Shown here: positions 10,141 to 21,315 of the stretch, piece by piece
Layout: each line of letters starts with the position of its first letter
Position numbering within the stretch: position 1 is the stretch's first letter
Source: an uncultured Magnetococcales bacterium
Lineage (GTDB): Bacteria; Pseudomonadota; Magnetococcia; Magnetococcales; CAYFNE01
Assembly (NCBI GenBank): GCA_964344355.1
Contig: CAYFNE010000003.1
Location: 3,068-67,067 of the forward strand
Length of the DNA: 64,000 bases
Direction of reading: 5' to 3'
Program-made: the position numbers and the translations under genes
Notes under the pieces: generated by a model
Database searches by the model: none
Told to the model about the DNA's origin: nothing
Seen by the model: the letters and a program-made list of their open reading frames with translations, nothing else

Positions 10141-11421
10141 CTATCTGAAATCGCGTGGTTTCAGATCGAACTGTTTCAACAATTGGTACACCCGCGCCCG
10201 GGAAAGGCCGGTTTCGGCGCTGACCTTGCCGACACTGCCTTCATGTTTTTCCAGGGAACGGATCAACAATTCCCGCTCCACACCCTGGCGGGCCGAGGAC
10301 CAGGTAGCCGCCGGGGGCGCCTCCTCCGGGCCGTTTTCCGGTGCCGATTCAATGGCGGTCCGATTTTTCATGCGTCGATGATATCGGTCCGGCAGGTCCT
10401 CCAGGACCAGGGGTTCATGGCCGGCGATGCTGGCGATATATTGGGCGATATTTTTCAACTCCCTGATATTTCCGGGGTAATCATATTCCTTCAGCAGGAA
10501 GGTACGCAAGGAGGAGTCCAACTTCGGCTTGGGACGGCCGATCCCTTCGGACATCTCCTCGAAAAAAAGCTCCAGCAAAAATTCAATTTCATCCCGGCGT
10601 TCGCGCAAGGGGGGGATGAACAGGGGGCAGACCCCCAGGCGATAGATCAGATCTTCCCGGAAACGGCCGTTGGCGACCATCTCTTCGAGGTTGCGGTTGG
10701 TGGCGGCGATGACACGGATGTTGACCCGTTGAAACACATCCGATCCGACCCGTTGCAGTTCACCCTGTTCCAGAACGCGCAACAGCTTGACCTGGGCCAA
10801 CAGCTCCAGGTCGCCGATTTCATCGAGAAAAATGGTGCCGCCGTTGGCCTCCTCGAACTTGCCCTTGCGGTCGGAGGTGGCGCCGGTGAAGGCCCCTTTG
10901 ACATGACCGAACAACTCCGATTCGATCAAACCCGACGGCACGGCGCCGCAGTTGACGGCGACAAATTTTTTCCGTCCGCTGTTCAGATGGATGATGCGGG
11001 CGAACAACTCCTTGCCGCTGCCGGTTTCGCCCTCCAGCAAAACCGTCATCGGCGTGGCGGCGACTCTGGAGATGATTTTCAGCAGTCGGTTGATTTTTTT
11101 GCTTTTTCCAAGGATACCTTCCAAAATCAACGGCGAGGAGCCCGACAGATCCCCCATCCAGTCCATACCGCCGCCGGTCTCCTGCCGGCCCTGACGGCCG
11201 GAGACCTCCAGAAAGGCGCCGCGCAATATGTCCAACTCCTGGAGGATGCCCTGTTTTTCGCCATAGTCGATCCGTTCGTTTTCCAGGATGCGAATTTTCA
11301 GGGCTTCGATGCGGGCGACATTTTCATTGAGCAGATCCACCATGCCGGAAACGGGGGAGAGGGGGGGCGTTTCCGGTTGACGCGGCGGTTGGCTGAAATC
11401 CAGATCCGGCAGACTGCTCAT
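10141..11421 (-). CDS. Sigma-54-dependent transcriptional activator (bEBP) without a recognisable N-terminal sensor or receiver domain
   Basis: AAA+ core: [34 protein letters not shown] (GAFTGA loop), [11 protein letters not shown]-terminal Fis-type HTH: [22 protein letters not shown]. The N-terminus is only about 95 aa and coiled-coil-like. ATG at 11421. Confidence 0.85.
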   Translation of the reverse strand: MSSLPDLDFSQPPRQPETPPLSPVSGMVDLLNENVARIEALKIRILENERIDYGEKQGILQELDILRGAFLEVSGRQGRQETGGGMDWMGDLSGSSPLILEGILGKSKKINRLLKIISRVAATPMTVLLEGETGSGKELFARIIHLNSGRKKFVAVNCGAVPSGLIESELFGHVKGAFTGATSDRKGKFEEANGGTIFLDEIGDLELLAQVKLLRVLEQGELQRVGSDVFQRVNIRVIAATNRNLEEMVANGRFREDLIYRLGVCPLFIPPLRERRDEIEFLLELFFEEMSEGIGRPKPKLDSSLRTFLLKEYDYPGNIRELKNIAQYIASIAGHEPLVLEDLPDRYHRRMKNRTAIESAPENGPEEAPPAATWSSARQGVERELLIRSLEKHEGSVGKVSAETGLSRARVYQLLKQFDLKPRDFR

Positions 11422-11599
11422 GGTTTTTCCCACCGGTCGGTCAACGCCGGGACCGGTTCCATCCCCGCTGGTGGGGTCGTTGGAGTCGTCGATGAGACAA
11501 ATAGGTTCCGGTTCATGCTGTCCCCGCCTTGATACCCCGCATCGATCTTGCTACTTTTCACCATCCCGAGTTCAATTCACAACAGGCGTACCCCCGATC

Positions 11600-11887
11600 A
11601 TGTCCATTCAGGCCGATACCGTCAAGCATGTCGCTCAACTGGCCCGTCTCGAAATCGATGAAACCGAGCTGTCCACCCTCACCGGACAACTGTCGAATAT
11701 CCTCGATCTCATGGCCCAACTCAACCGGTTGCCCACCGATGAAGTGAAACCGATGACCCATGCCGTCGATATCAAAATTCCCCTGCGTCCCGATCGGGTG
11801 GTCAACGAAAACCGGCGGGATGCCCTGCTGGCCGGTGCGCCGGATACCGAGCAAGGCCATTTTCGCGTTCCCAAAATCATCGAATAA
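11600..11887 (+). CDS. gatC: Asp/Glu-tRNA(Asn/Gln) amidotransferase subunit C
   Basis: MSIQADTVKHVAQLARLEIDETELSTLTGQLSNILDLMAQL... (95 aa), directly upstream of gatA and gatB. ATG at 11600 lies inside the longer track ORF. Confidence 0.9.
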   Translation: MSIQADTVKHVAQLARLEIDETELSTLTGQLSNILDLMAQLNRLPTDEVKPMTHAVDIKIPLRPDRVVNENRRDALLAGAPDTEQGHFRVPKIIE

Positions 11888-11917
11888 AGGGAGTCCGGTT
11901 CCTTGGAACTTTCCCAA

Positions 11918-13366
11918 ATGACCATCGCCCGGGCCCTGGCGGGTCTGGAACGAAAAACCTTTTCCGCCGTCGAGCTGACCCGGGCCTGTCTGCAACGGAT
12001 CGAAACCCTCAATCCGCGGATCAACGCCTATCTGCATGTTGACGCCGAAGGGGCCCTGGCCGCCGCCGCCGAGGCCGATACCGTCCGCGCCCGGGGCGCG
12101 GCTGGACCGTTGACCGGCGTTCCGTTGGGCATCAAGGACCTGTTTTGCGTGCAAAACATGCCCGCCACCTGCGGTTCACGCATGTTGGCCAATTTCGTTC
12201 CGCCCTACGAATCGACGGTCAGCGCCCGGCTCAAGGCCGCCGGGGCGGTGATCCTCGGCAAATGCAACATGGATGAGTTCGCCATGGGCTCGTCCAATGA
12301 AACCTCCTGGTTCGGGGCGGTGAAAAATCCCTGGGATTATGAACGGACGCCCGGTGGTTCCTCCGGGGGTTCCGCCGCCGCCACCGCCGCCGGTCTGGGC
12401 TGCGCCACCATCGGCACCGATACCGGCGGCTCCATCCGCCAACCGGCGGCCCTGACCGGCACCACCGGCCTGAAACCGACCTACGGTCGCATCTCCCGGT
12501 TCGGCATGATCGCCTTCGCCTCCTCCCTGGACCAGGCCGGTCCCATCACCCGCACGGTCGAGGATGCCGCCCTGTTGCTGCGGGTGATGGCCGGGCACGA
12601 TCCCATGGATGCCACCTCCATCGATGCGCCGGTACCCGACTACCCGGCCGTACTCGACGGGGATATCCGCGGTCTGCGCATCGGTCTGCCCCGGGAATAT
12701 TTTACCGACGGGCTCACCGACGGCGTGCGCCGGGCCGTGGAAGCGGGCAAAAAGGTGTTCCAGGAGTTGGGCGCCGAGTTGGTTCCGCTCTCCCTGCCCC
12801 ATACCGAATATGCCATCCCGACCTACTATATCATCGCCCCGGCCGAGGCCTCCTCCAATCTGGCCCGATATGATGGCGTCCGTTTCGGACACCGTTGCGA
12901 ACAACCGCGGGACCTGGCCGATCTCTATTTCCGCACCCGGGCCGAAGGGTTCGGCATCGAGGTCAAACGGCGCATCATGCTCGGCACCTATGTGCTCTCG
13001 GCCGGCTATTATGACGCCTATTACCGCAAGGCCCAAAAGGTCCGGCGTTTGATCGCCGATGATTTCAACCGGGCCTTCGCCGACGTCGATCTGATCCTCA
13101 CCCCGACCAGCCCGGATACCGCGTTCAAACTCGGTGAGCGTACCGAGGATCCGATCCGCATGTTCCTGTCGGATATTTTTACCATCAACGCCAATCTGGC
13201 CGGACTGCCGGGCATCTCCCTGCCCTGCGGTTTCGACGAGGCGGGATTGCCCATCGGCCTGCAACTCATCGCCCGCCCCCTGGACGAGTCCGGCCTGTTG
13301 CGGGCCGGTCATGCCTATCAACGCGCCACCGACTGGCACAACCGCTCCCCGGAGCTTGGATCATGA
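11918..13366 (+). CDS. gatA: Asp/Glu-tRNA amidotransferase subunit A
   Basis: Amidase signature [15 protein letters not shown]; [11 protein letters not shown] at 11918 (the track uses a TTG at 11903). Confidence 0.95.
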   Translation: MTIARALAGLERKTFSAVELTRACLQRIETLNPRINAYLHVDAEGALAAAAEADTVRARGAAGPLTGVPLGIKDLFCVQNMPATCGSRMLANFVPPYESTVSARLKAAGAVILGKCNMDEFAMGSSNETSWFGAVKNPWDYERTPGGSSGGSAAATAAGLGCATIGTDTGGSIRQPAALTGTTGLKPTYGRISRFGMIAFASSLDQAGPITRTVEDAALLLRVMAGHDPMDATSIDAPVPDYPAVLDGDIRGLRIGLPREYFTDGLTDGVRRAVEAGKKVFQELGAELVPLSLPHTEYAIPTYYIIAPAEASSNLARYDGVRFGHRCEQPRDLADLYFRTRAEGFGIEVKRRIMLGTYVLSAGYYDAYYRKAQKVRRLIADDFNRAFADVDLILTPTSPDTAFKLGERTEDPIRMFLSDIFTINANLAGLPGISLPCGFDEAGLPIGLQLIARPLDESGLLRAGHAYQRATDWHNRSPELGS

Positions 13367-14823
13367 ACGGCGATCCCCATTACGAAACCGTCATCGGCCT
13401 GGAAGTGCATGCGCAACTGCGCACCGATTCGAAAATTTTTTGCGGCTGCTCCACCCGTTTCGGGGCCGGGGCCAACACCCAGATCTGTCCGGTCTGTTCC
13501 GGCTTTCCCGGTGTGCTGCCGATCCTCAACCAACGGGTGGTGGACATGTCCATCAAGACCGGGTTGGCCATCCAGGGCCAAATCCGACGGTTCAGCGAGT
13601 TCGCGCGCAAAAATTATTTCTACCCCGACCTGCCGGCCGGTTATCAGATTTCCCAGTACGAATTTCCCATTGTTGAGCATGGGCAACTCTTCATCGATCC
13701 CGCCGCTGGAAAACGCAAACGCATCGGCATCACCCGCATCCACATCGAGGTGGACGCCGGGAAAAGTTTGCACGAGGGAATCGCCGGCGCCTCCTGGGTC
13801 GATCTGAACCGCACCGGTACGCCGTTGCTGGAAATCGTCTCGGAACCGGACCTGCGGTCGGCGGAGGAGGCGGGGGAGTATTTGAAAAAACTCCGGGCCA
13901 TCGTCCGCTATCTGGAGGTATGCGACGGCAACATGGAGCAGGGTTCCTTCCGGTGCGATGCCAACGTGTCGGTGCGCCCCCGTGGCCAGAAGGCGTTCGG
14001 CACCCGTTGTGAACTGAAAAATCTCAATTCCATCCGCAACGTCATGCGCGCCATCGACTATGAGGTGGAGCGGCAGATCGATCTCATCGAGGGTGGCGGC
14101 CAGGTGGTGCAGGAGACCCGGTTGTTCAATGCCGACACCGGGGTGTCCCGTTCCATGCGCGGCAAGGAGGAGGCCCACGACTACCGGTATTTTCCAGAAC
14201 CGGACCTGCCGCCGCTGGTCTTGAGCGAAGAGTGGATTGAAAAGGTGGCCGCCACCATGCCGGAGTTGCCCGACGAAAAGGCCGATCGGTTCAAAAAACA
14301 GTACGGGCTGAACGATTATGACGCCGGCGTGCTGACCGCCAGCCTGGAGTTGGCCGGTTATTTCGAACGGGTCGCCGACACCATCGCCAAGGCTGGCAAG
14401 GCCAATGCCAAGGCGGCGGCCAACTGGGTGACCGTGGAGCTCCTCGGCCGGCTCAACAAACAGGGGCTGGAGATCGCCGATGCCCCGGTGTCGGCGGAAA
14501 ATCTCGGTAAACTGGTGGCGATGATTCAAACCGGCGCCATCTCCGGCAAGATCGCCAAACAGGTATTCGGCATTTTGTTCGAAGAGGGGGGCGATCCGGA
14601 AGAGATCGTCGAGACCCGGGGTTTGAAACAGGTCACCGACACCGGCGCCATCGAGGGCGAGGTGGATAAAATTCTCGCCGCCAACGCCGACAAGGTGGCG
14701 GAATATCGGGGCGGCAAAACCAAGCTGTTGGGCTTTTTCGTCGGACAGGTCATGAAGGCCACCCGGGGCAAGGCCAATCCGGCCATGGTCAACCAACTGC
14801 TCAAAACCAAGCTGGACGGATGA
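13363..14823 (+). CDS. gatB: Asp/Glu-tRNA amidotransferase subunit B
   Basis: [13 protein letters not shown]...KIFCGCS...[20 protein letters not shown] overlap with the gatA stop. Confidence 0.95.
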   Translation: MNGDPHYETVIGLEVHAQLRTDSKIFCGCSTRFGAGANTQICPVCSGFPGVLPILNQRVVDMSIKTGLAIQGQIRRFSEFARKNYFYPDLPAGYQISQYEFPIVEHGQLFIDPAAGKRKRIGITRIHIEVDAGKSLHEGIAGASWVDLNRTGTPLLEIVSEPDLRSAEEAGEYLKKLRAIVRYLEVCDGNMEQGSFRCDANVSVRPRGQKAFGTRCELKNLNSIRNVMRAIDYEVERQIDLIEGGGQVVQETRLFNADTGVSRSMRGKEEAHDYRYFPEPDLPPLVLSEEWIEKVAATMPELPDEKADRFKKQYGLNDYDAGVLTASLELAGYFERVADTIAKAGKANAKAAANWVTVELLGRLNKQGLEIADAPVSAENLGKLVAMIQTGAISGKIAKQVFGILFEEGGDPEEIVETRGLKQVTDTGAIEGEVDKILAANADKVAEYRGGKTKLLGFFVGQVMKATRGKANPAMVNQLLKTKLDG

Positions 14824-17800
14824 CCCTTGGCCGCGCATCCCTGATCGGCGTCGCCGGGGTCCTGCTGGCCCTGGTTCTCTATCCCCTGTTGATCGGGATG
14901 GTGGACCTGGAGCAATACCGTCCGCGGATCATCCACATCCTGGAGACCGTCACCGAACATCCGGTCTCCTTCGGTGCCATGGATTTCACCCCCAGCGGTG
15001 GATTTCTCGCCATCGAAATCAAGGACCTGGAGGTGCATGCCCTGGATACGGCGGAACCGCCACTGCTGCTGGTCAAAAAAATTCGCGTACGCATCGCCCT
15101 GCTGCCCCTGTTGCGCTCGCGGCTTAAAATTTCCTCCATCACCCTGGTCACCCCCCAGATCAACATCGTCCAGCGCAGCGGCACCAAACTGTTGGCCCGG
15201 GCCAAGGATACCGCACTGTTGAGCGACAAAAAGATGGAACGGGAGCTCGGCCTGGGCCTGACCGATCTGACTTTGGGACGCATCGCCATCCAGGGGGGCA
15301 TCCTCACCATTCTCGACTGGGAACATCCCGAAGGCCGCACGCTGATCTTTGACCGTATCCAGGGCGGGATCCACGCCCTGTCGCCCAATCGGGCCTCACC
15401 GGTGTCGGCATCGGCCCGTTTCCAGTCGGTACCGTTCACGGTCACCGGTCAGGTGGGACCATTGCCCGACTCCCTGGACCCCTTGGACATGCCGGTGTTG
15501 TTGAGCCTGGAAGCCAAATCCATGCGTCTGGCCCATCTGGCCTCGACCCTGCCCAGTTTTTTCCCCAGGCTCGATGCCGACCGGGGATATTTTTCAACAC
15601 TGTTCCATGGGGTTTTGAGCACGGGGCTGCAAACCACCTCCCGTCTGGAACTGGACAAGTTGGCCATGTCCGGTGAAAACAACGGTCCGACCATGGATGT
15701 GGCCCTGCGGCAAAAATCGATCCTGCGTTTCCAGGATCGCAAACCCTCCCTGGATATCAAGGAGTTTTTCTTGTATCAGGATGGCACCCCGGTCCTGGAT
15801 ATCAAGGGTGCCCTGGGGCGTGATGGTGAACGGTCGGTCCGCCTGACCCTGGAAACCCTGGCCAACATCGATTTGCAACGGCTGCCCCTGCCGAAAAATT
15901 TTCCCCTGTCCGGTGGCATTCCCCGGGGAAACCTCCTTTTGGCCGGCCACTGGCCCCGCGGATTGACCCTGAACGGCCGCCTCGATCTGACTCCCAGCGC
16001 CATCCTGTTGCCACCTTTCGCCAAAAAGGCCGGCATTCCCCTGACCTTTCGGGTCAAGACCACCTTTACCGACGAGGAGGTCATCCTGGAGGATGTCCAA
16101 CTCAGCCATCCCAATGTACCGGGCCACCACCTGCACATGTTGGGAAGCCTCCATCCCGAGTTGGATTTGCAAACCAGCGGTGAGTGGGACATGGCGTTGC
16201 TCAACAACTATCTGCCCATCGTCGAACCGTGGCGGGCCTCCGGTTTGACGCGCATCAAGTTGAACCTCAAGGGCGCCGGAAAAATGGATCGGATCAAGGC
16301 CAACGGTGAACTGTACCTGGACTCCGGGCGAATCGATGGGGCACCGGTCGAGGAGTTGACCCTGCCGTTCCACTATGACCGCCAGCAGTTGCACCTCGAT
16401 CATATCGCCAGCCGCCTCGGCAACGGTTATCTGCATGCCATTCTGCGCGCCGACTTTTCCCGGGAACCGCCCCTCTATCAAACCCTGTTCGCCATCGCCG
16501 GGGTGGAGTTGGAGCAGATCGTCGAGAGCGACGACAAGGACCGTTTTGAAATGCGCGGATTGATCTCCGGCCAGGGCGGTTTCCGTGGGGTATTGAATGA
16601 TCATCTGCTGCCGGACCGGCCCTATACCGGCAATGCCCATCTGTTGGTGGAGCCCGGCAGCATCACCGGCATCGACGAAAAGGCCCTCAACGAACCGCCC
16701 GAGGATGGCGAGACCCTGGAAACCGGCAGCCGTCCCTTCTTCTGGAGCCGGGCCGAGTCGGACCTGCTGTTCGAAAACGGTTTGATCCGCTTTGAAAACA
16801 TGCGGTTGGAGGCCGGGCGGCTCTCTCTCACCGGTTCCGGCCAGCGTCATGTCGACACCGGTCGGCAACAGTTCGGCCTGGCGATTCAAACAGAATGGGA
16901 AAAAGGGGAAAAGGGTACCTTTCCGTTGCGGGTGGAGACCAGCGGCAAAAAGATGGTCCTGCGTATCCCCAAACCACAGGTGACGGTACCGCCGCCACCA
17001 CCGCCAGGGGTGACGGCCAAGCCGGCGACCAAACTGGAGCTGGTTGAAAAGAAGGAGAAAAAACCCATTCCCAAGGCCGAGGTGGTCACCAAGGCGGTCA
17101 CCAAGGCGGTCACCAAGGCGGTCACCGGAACCAAAGCGGTGATCCAGGCCGTGGCCAAGGCGGTCAGCGAAGTGGTCAGCGAGGCGGTGGCCAAAAAAGA
17201 GCCGCCCACGGTTGAAAAAGCCAAACCGGCCACTGGCGGGGTAGCGGCCAAACCGGCTGCCGACCAAACCACCCCGGAGGCGGCAAAGGAGGAAAAAACC
17301 GAAAAAAAAGCGGAACAACCGACCGTTGCCGAAGAAAAACGAATCCGGGAAACGAATTCCGGACCGGCCTCGCTGAAAACGCCCGAAGGGGCCGAAAAGA
17401 CTGAACCGGAAAAAGGGCCGCAAGCGGACCCGACCGCCAAAGGGGAAACGGCGGCCTCCCCGGAACCGGCCGAAAAAAAACCAACGATCGAAACGCCAAC
17501 GCCGCTGAAAAAGGTCGAGCCGGAAAAAACGGTCACGACCGATGAAAAACCGGCGGTTGCGGAAGGGAACGATCAGCCGCTGGAAAATGGTGGTGGAACG
17601 GAGGAGGGGGAGGAAGATGATGGCGAGTTGGCCGATTCCCCCCCATCCCCCTGCCCGAACCGATGCCGGTTCCCGCCCCCCGTCTCAAACCGGTGTCTAT
17701 TGACACGGGTTCGGCGACCACCGGGGTCAAACCGGAGCGACCGGTCGCTCCGGCGCCTTGAGGGAAAGCGGCTTTCCGCCTCCACGAACACCGCCCCTCT

Positions 17801-18011
17801 CTTCGACGGATCGGGGACATTGGAACCATCCGGTCCATTCAATCATCCGGACAGTCGCCGCATCCGGTTGACGGCCGCCGCCAATTCGTGCAGGCGGGGC
17901 AGGGCCAGACCACCCATGATCCAAGGGGTCAGCAGGTCCAGGCCCTTTTGTTCCACCTCCTCCAGGGCCTGGGCCAGACCAGCCTCCAGGGTCGGGCAGC
18001 GATCCCGGTAG
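14820..18011 (+). CDS. AsmA-family envelope protein with a long Pro/Glu/Lys/Thr-rich disordered tail. The last ~125 codons of the track ORF are probably out of frame (see findings); the corrected end is about 17761
   Basis: N-terminal TM anchor [26 protein letters not shown], followed by a beta-rich AsmA-like body. ATGA overlap with the gatB stop. After the C7 run at 17638-17644 the translation becomes Arg/Cys/Ser nonsense and overlaps the convergent gene by 169 nt. Confidence 0.7.
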   Translation: MTLGRASLIGVAGVLLALVLYPLLIGMVDLEQYRPRIIHILETVTEHPVSFGAMDFTPSGGFLAIEIKDLEVHALDTAEPPLLLVKKIRVRIALLPLLRSRLKISSITLVTPQINIVQRSGTKLLARAKDTALLSDKKMERELGLGLTDLTLGRIAIQGGILTILDWEHPEGRTLIFDRIQGGIHALSPNRASPVSASARFQSVPFTVTGQVGPLPDSLDPLDMPVLLSLEAKSMRLAHLASTLPSFFPRLDADRGYFSTLFHGVLSTGLQTTSRLELDKLAMSGENNGPTMDVALRQKSILRFQDRKPSLDIKEFFLYQDGTPVLDIKGALGRDGERSVRLTLETLANIDLQRLPLPKNFPLSGGIPRGNLLLAGHWPRGLTLNGRLDLTPSAILLPPFAKKAGIPLTFRVKTTFTDEEVILEDVQLSHPNVPGHHLHMLGSLHPELDLQTSGEWDMALLNNYLPIVEPWRASGLTRIKLNLKGAGKMDRIKANGELYLDSGRIDGAPVEELTLPFHYDRQQLHLDHIASRLGNGYLHAILRADFSREPPLYQTLFAIAGVELEQIVESDDKDRFEMRGLISGQGGFRGVLNDHLLPDRPYTGNAHLLVEPGSITGIDEKALNEPPEDGETLETGSRPFFWSRAESDLLFENGLIRFENMRLEAGRLSLTGSGQRHVDTGRQQFGLAIQTEWEKGEKGTFPLRVETSGKKMVLRIPKPQVTVPPPPPPGVTAKPATKLELVEKKEKKPIPKAEVVTKAVTKAVTKAVTGTKAVIQAVAKAVSEVVSEAVAKKEPPTVEKAKPATGGVAAKPAADQTTPEAAKEEKTEKKAEQPTVAEEKRIRETNSGPASLKTPEGAEKTEPEKGPQADPTAKGETAASPEPAEKKPTIETPTPLKKVEPEKTVTTDEKPAVAEGNDQPLENGGGTEEGEEDDGELADSPPSPCPNRCRFPPPVSNRCLLTRVRRPPGSNRSDRSLRRLEGKRLSASTNTAPLFDGSGTLEPSGPFNHPDSRRIRLTAAANSCRRGRARPPMIQGVSRSRPFCSTSSRAWARPASRVGQRSR
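17085..17120 (+). repeat. 12-bp in-frame tandem repeat x3 (gtcaccaaggcg, encoding VTKA) in the AsmA-like tail
   Basis: Read directly: copies at 17085, 17097 and 17109, then a diverged copy gtcaccggaacc. Confidence 0.9.
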
Positions 18012-19546
18012 TGGCGGGCGTAGTGGTGGAGCAGATACCCCACCGCCAGGGTTTGGCCCCGGTCCAGCAACTGTTCCACCCGTGCCAGGTCGATCTCCCA
18101 ACGGCCATAGGAGAGACGGCCCGGTTCCGAAGATTTGATGGACAGGCCACGTTTGCCACGGGCGGGATCCAGATGTTGAGGTGGGGGAGGGACCTTGCCG
18201 GTGATCTTGAACGGGGGGGAGGCATCAGCGACGCCGGCCATCAACTCCGCCAATGGCGCGGCCAGGGTTTTGGCCCGGGTCGTCACATCCCGGGGCCGGT
18301 AGGCGTCCATCATCAAAACGGTATCGGCAACGGAAAAATAATCCCCGGAGCCACCGGTGACCACGATCGTTGAAACATCCAATTTTTCATGGAGTTCCCG
18401 CACCCGGTGCAGCAGGGGGGTGATCGGTTCCCGCTCCCTTTCCACCAGGGCCGCCATCCGTCGATCCCGGATCATGAAGTTGGTCGCCGAGGTGTCCTCG
18501 TCCAGCAACAACAGGGTGCAGCCACAGGCCAGGGCCTCCATGATGTTGGCCGCCTGGGAGGTACTGCCGCTGGCATTTTCAGTGGTGAAGGAGCGGGTGT
18601 CGATTCCGGTTGGCAAGTTATTGATGAAAGGGGAAATATCGGTGACGGAGACCGGCCGGCCGTCTTCGGCGCGAATTTTCACCGCCGATTCCGGGCAGAC
18701 CACCCGCTCGCGACCATCTCCGGGTATATGATCATAAACACCCCGTTCCAGGGCCTGCAGCAGGGTCGATTTGCCATGGAAGCCGCCACCGACGATCAGG
18801 GTGATCCCCCGGGGCAGGGCCAAACCACGGATGCGACCGGCATTGGGCAGGGTCACCTCTCGCGCCAGGCTTTCCGGGGCGTTGAAGGGCAACACGTCGT
18901 TTTCCAACGGCCGGTCATCGACCCCACTGCGGCGGGGCAAATGGGAACCATCGGCGATGAACGCCACCAGATGGTTCTCTTCGATCCAATGTCGCAAAAA
19001 ATGTTGATCCTCGACCGAGTGGAGATGGCGGGTCAGCCCGGCCGTCATTTCCGGTTTGAAATGACAGGCATCGGCCACCACCTGTGGCAACTCCCGGAAA
19101 AAAATGTCCCTGGCTTCCCCGGCGGCGATGCGCCGGCCATGGGCGGGGAGTCCCACCGACAACCGGGCCTCGATACCGCCCTCCCCATCGACCAACAGGG
19201 CGTTGCGGCGCAAAACACGCTGACCACTGGTGGTGATGCGCATCTCGCCACCGCGTCCCGAACCGCGATGGCCGCGGACCCGTTTTTGAATGGCCCGGGC
19301 CACTCCCCGGGCGGCAAAGTCCTCCAAAGCCAAGCGCCTGATGGCATTTTTTCGAGCAAAATCAGGAATGGCCGCTTTTTCCGGGGCCACGAACAGGCGA
19401 ATGCGCGATGGTTCGGCGAATGGATCGCCCTGAACATGGTCGATGTGCAGATCAAATCCGGGATAGCTATATTTCCCTTCAATATCCTTATAGGCCTTGT
19501 ACCCCCGACCATCCATATTTTTCAATAGTATGCGCAATCGCTCCAT
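17843..19546 (-). CDS. ABC-ATPase domain protein of the poorly characterised COG3044 type
   Basis: N-terminus MERLRILLKNMDGRGYKAYKDIEGKYSYPGFDLHIDHVQGDPFAEPSRIRLFV; Walker A-like GGFHGKSTLLQALERG. I prefer the ATG at 19546 (gggag SD, 6-nt spacing) over the TTG at 19594. Confidence 0.75.
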   Translation of the reverse strand: MERLRILLKNMDGRGYKAYKDIEGKYSYPGFDLHIDHVQGDPFAEPSRIRLFVAPEKAAIPDFARKNAIRRLALEDFAARGVARAIQKRVRGHRGSGRGGEMRITTSGQRVLRRNALLVDGEGGIEARLSVGLPAHGRRIAAGEARDIFFRELPQVVADACHFKPEMTAGLTRHLHSVEDQHFLRHWIEENHLVAFIADGSHLPRRSGVDDRPLENDVLPFNAPESLAREVTLPNAGRIRGLALPRGITLIVGGGFHGKSTLLQALERGVYDHIPGDGRERVVCPESAVKIRAEDGRPVSVTDISPFINNLPTGIDTRSFTTENASGSTSQAANIMEALACGCTLLLLDEDTSATNFMIRDRRMAALVEREREPITPLLHRVRELHEKLDVSTIVVTGGSGDYFSVADTVLMMDAYRPRDVTTRAKTLAAPLAELMAGVADASPPFKITGKVPPPPQHLDPARGKRGLSIKSSEPGRLSYGRWEIDLARVEQLLDRGQTLAVGYLLHHYARHYRDRCPTLEAGLAQALEEVEQKGLDLLTPWIMGGLALPRLHELAAAVNRMRRLSG

Positions 19547-19749
19547 GCCCATCTCCCGGGGCCGTGACAGACCCGGCTCATAAAGATTTTTCAAGCAAAC
19601 AAAGAATTCTCTTGATTATTTACCGAATATCGCCGTACCCTTGGCGGCAGAGGGGATCGAATGTCGGTGTGGTTCTGAAAGGTTCTGAAATCCCACGTTC
19701 CGTCCTAAGGTTTGAATAGAGCAGGTTTTTTTGATTCAGGAGTGGAAGA

Positions 19750-19962
19750 ATGTCGCAAAGTGTAACAGGTACCGTCAAATGGTTCAACAATTCAAAGGGG
19801 TTCGGTTTCATCGCCCCGGATGATGGCAGCGAAGATGTTTTCGTGCATTTTTCCGCCATCCAAACGGAAGGCTTCAAATCCTTGGACGAGGGGCAAAAAG
19901 TCACTTTCGAGGTTGTCAGGGGGTTGAAAGGACTGCAAGCCGCGAATGTCGTGCCGGCCTGA
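19750..19962 (+). CDS. cspA: Cold-shock protein, CspA family
   Basis: [37 protein letters not shown] contains the RNP1 and RNP2 motifs. SD caggag is upstream. Confidence 0.95.
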   Translation: MSQSVTGTVKWFNNSKGFGFIAPDDGSEDVFVHFSAIQTEGFKSLDEGQKVTFEVVRGLKGLQAANVVPA

Positions 19963-20000
19963 GCCCGGTCGAAATTCGAAATTCTTGTCGCTTATTCCAA

Positions 20001-20032
20001 ACGCCCGGAACCCGGTTCCGGGCGTTTTTTTA
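20001..20032 (+). terminator. Rho-independent terminator downstream of cspA
   Basis: acgcccggaac-ccg-gttccgggcgt (11-bp perfect stem) followed by a run of seven T. Confidence 0.85.
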
Positions 20033-20120
20033 TCTTTCGCCCAATAAGTCCGTCAACACTGTTTATTACGGATCAGTAATCAATGACCATTATTTCGTAA
20101 CCATACGGATTTGTTCAGGG

Positions 20121-21314
20121 GTGGTCGAGAAATCGATTGACAACCACTCGTGGATACAATCATTCGTGAACCATCAGGCCGGTCTTTTTGTTGGCAATAT
20201 GATTGACAGTTCGGAAAAATCGTTTTACCTCAAAGCGTTCCACGGAATCACCCTCACCTTTGTCCTCTCCACCGCTTCCGACATGGACCAGTCGGCCGTG
20301 CACAGGTTCGCCGCCATTATCGGGGAACTGCAACAACATGGCGGGCGGGTGCTGATTCTCCATCAGGAAAGCCCGGCCATGCGGTCGGCATTGACATCAT
20401 TGTGGTCGGCCTTCGGGGATGGTCCCGGAGAGGAGATCCACTATCCCGGCCTGCCACGGGGTTTGAAAGCCCGGCAGTGGCGGTCCGGGGCCGCCCTGGT
20501 CAGTGTCGCCCTGGAAACGGCGACGATGGCCGATTTTTATGAGCGCATCATGCGGTTGGGATTGGCGTTGCGCATGATGCGATTGATTTTCTTGCATGCC
20601 GCCGGGGGGATCCACGATGGGAACGATCGATTGGTGGCCTTTGCCAATCTGATGGATATCAATCGGTTGTTGACGCATATGGACCGGAATGCCGCCGGTG
20701 GCGATCGGTTCGACCTGTTGAAAACCGTCAAACCGCTGTTGGCCGGCGGTGTCGGCTCCATATCCCTCTGCCGGTTGCGCGATCTGCATCAGGAGCTGTT
20801 CACCTATGCGGGACGGGGCTCTTTTTTTTCGCGGCGGCACTATTGCCAGGTCCGGCCGTTGGGACTGGATGATTTCGATCAGGTCATCGGCATGATCCTC
20901 CGGGCCGAAGGGGAGGGGGTGTTGCTGCCGCGGTCGCCGCAGGCGGTGTCGGCGGTGTTGAACGGTGGTTTCGGCGGTTTCGTCTCCGAACACCACCTGG
21001 CCGGATTTTGCGGTTTGATCACCGAACCCTACCGGGCTGAAAATATCGGAGAGGTGGTGGCCCTCTACGCCCTGACCCGTTTTCAGGGGAGTGGCGTCGG
21101 TGGTCGTTTGATCCGTTATTTGAAACGGGAGGCACGACGAAAAAAACTCGCCGGTCTGTTCGCCTGCACCGGCCAGGAACGGGCGGTGGCCTTTTTTTTA
21201 CACCATGGTTTCGTCCGTTCGGAACCGGCAAGGGTTCCCGCCGCCAAGTGGCTCGGTTATGATCCGGCGCGGAGGGAATCGGTCGTTTGCCTGTGTTGGG
21301 AGTTGGATCACTGA
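20121..21314 (+). CDS. ArgA-like protein: divergent amino-acid-kinase-fold domain plus C-terminal GNAT acetyltransferase
   Basis: GNAT core ALYALTRFQGSGVGGRLIRYLKREARRKKLAGLFACTGQERAVAFFLHHGF. The N-terminal ~250 aa resemble the kinase-like domain of N-acetylglutamate synthase. The GTG start is uncertain. Confidence 0.6.
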   Translation: MVEKSIDNHSWIQSFVNHQAGLFVGNMIDSSEKSFYLKAFHGITLTFVLSTASDMDQSAVHRFAAIIGELQQHGGRVLILHQESPAMRSALTSLWSAFGDGPGEEIHYPGLPRGLKARQWRSGAALVSVALETATMADFYERIMRLGLALRMMRLIFLHAAGGIHDGNDRLVAFANLMDINRLLTHMDRNAAGGDRFDLLKTVKPLLAGGVGSISLCRLRDLHQELFTYAGRGSFFSRRHYCQVRPLGLDDFDQVIGMILRAEGEGVLLPRSPQAVSAVLNGGFGGFVSEHHLAGFCGLITEPYRAENIGEVVALYALTRFQGSGVGGRLIRYLKREARRKKLAGLFACTGQERAVAFFLHHGFVRSEPARVPAAKWLGYDPARRESVVCLCWELDH

Positions 21315-21315
21315 C

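Noticed and set aside
12176-14838. 387-aa and 506-aa minus-strand ORFs
   Set aside because: They are antisense to gatA and gatB, whose identity is unambiguous. Their sequence is low-information and Gly/Arg/Pro-rich.
15594-17423. 609-aa minus-strand ORF
   Set aside because: It is antisense to the AsmA-like gene. The protein is repetitive and Arg/Gly/Phe-rich, and it has no start context.
17843-18011. A genuine 169-nt convergent overlap of two coding regions
   Set aside because: The overlapping tail of the AsmA-like ORF looks like out-of-frame translation after the C7 run. The corrected frame stops at 17761, before the overlap.
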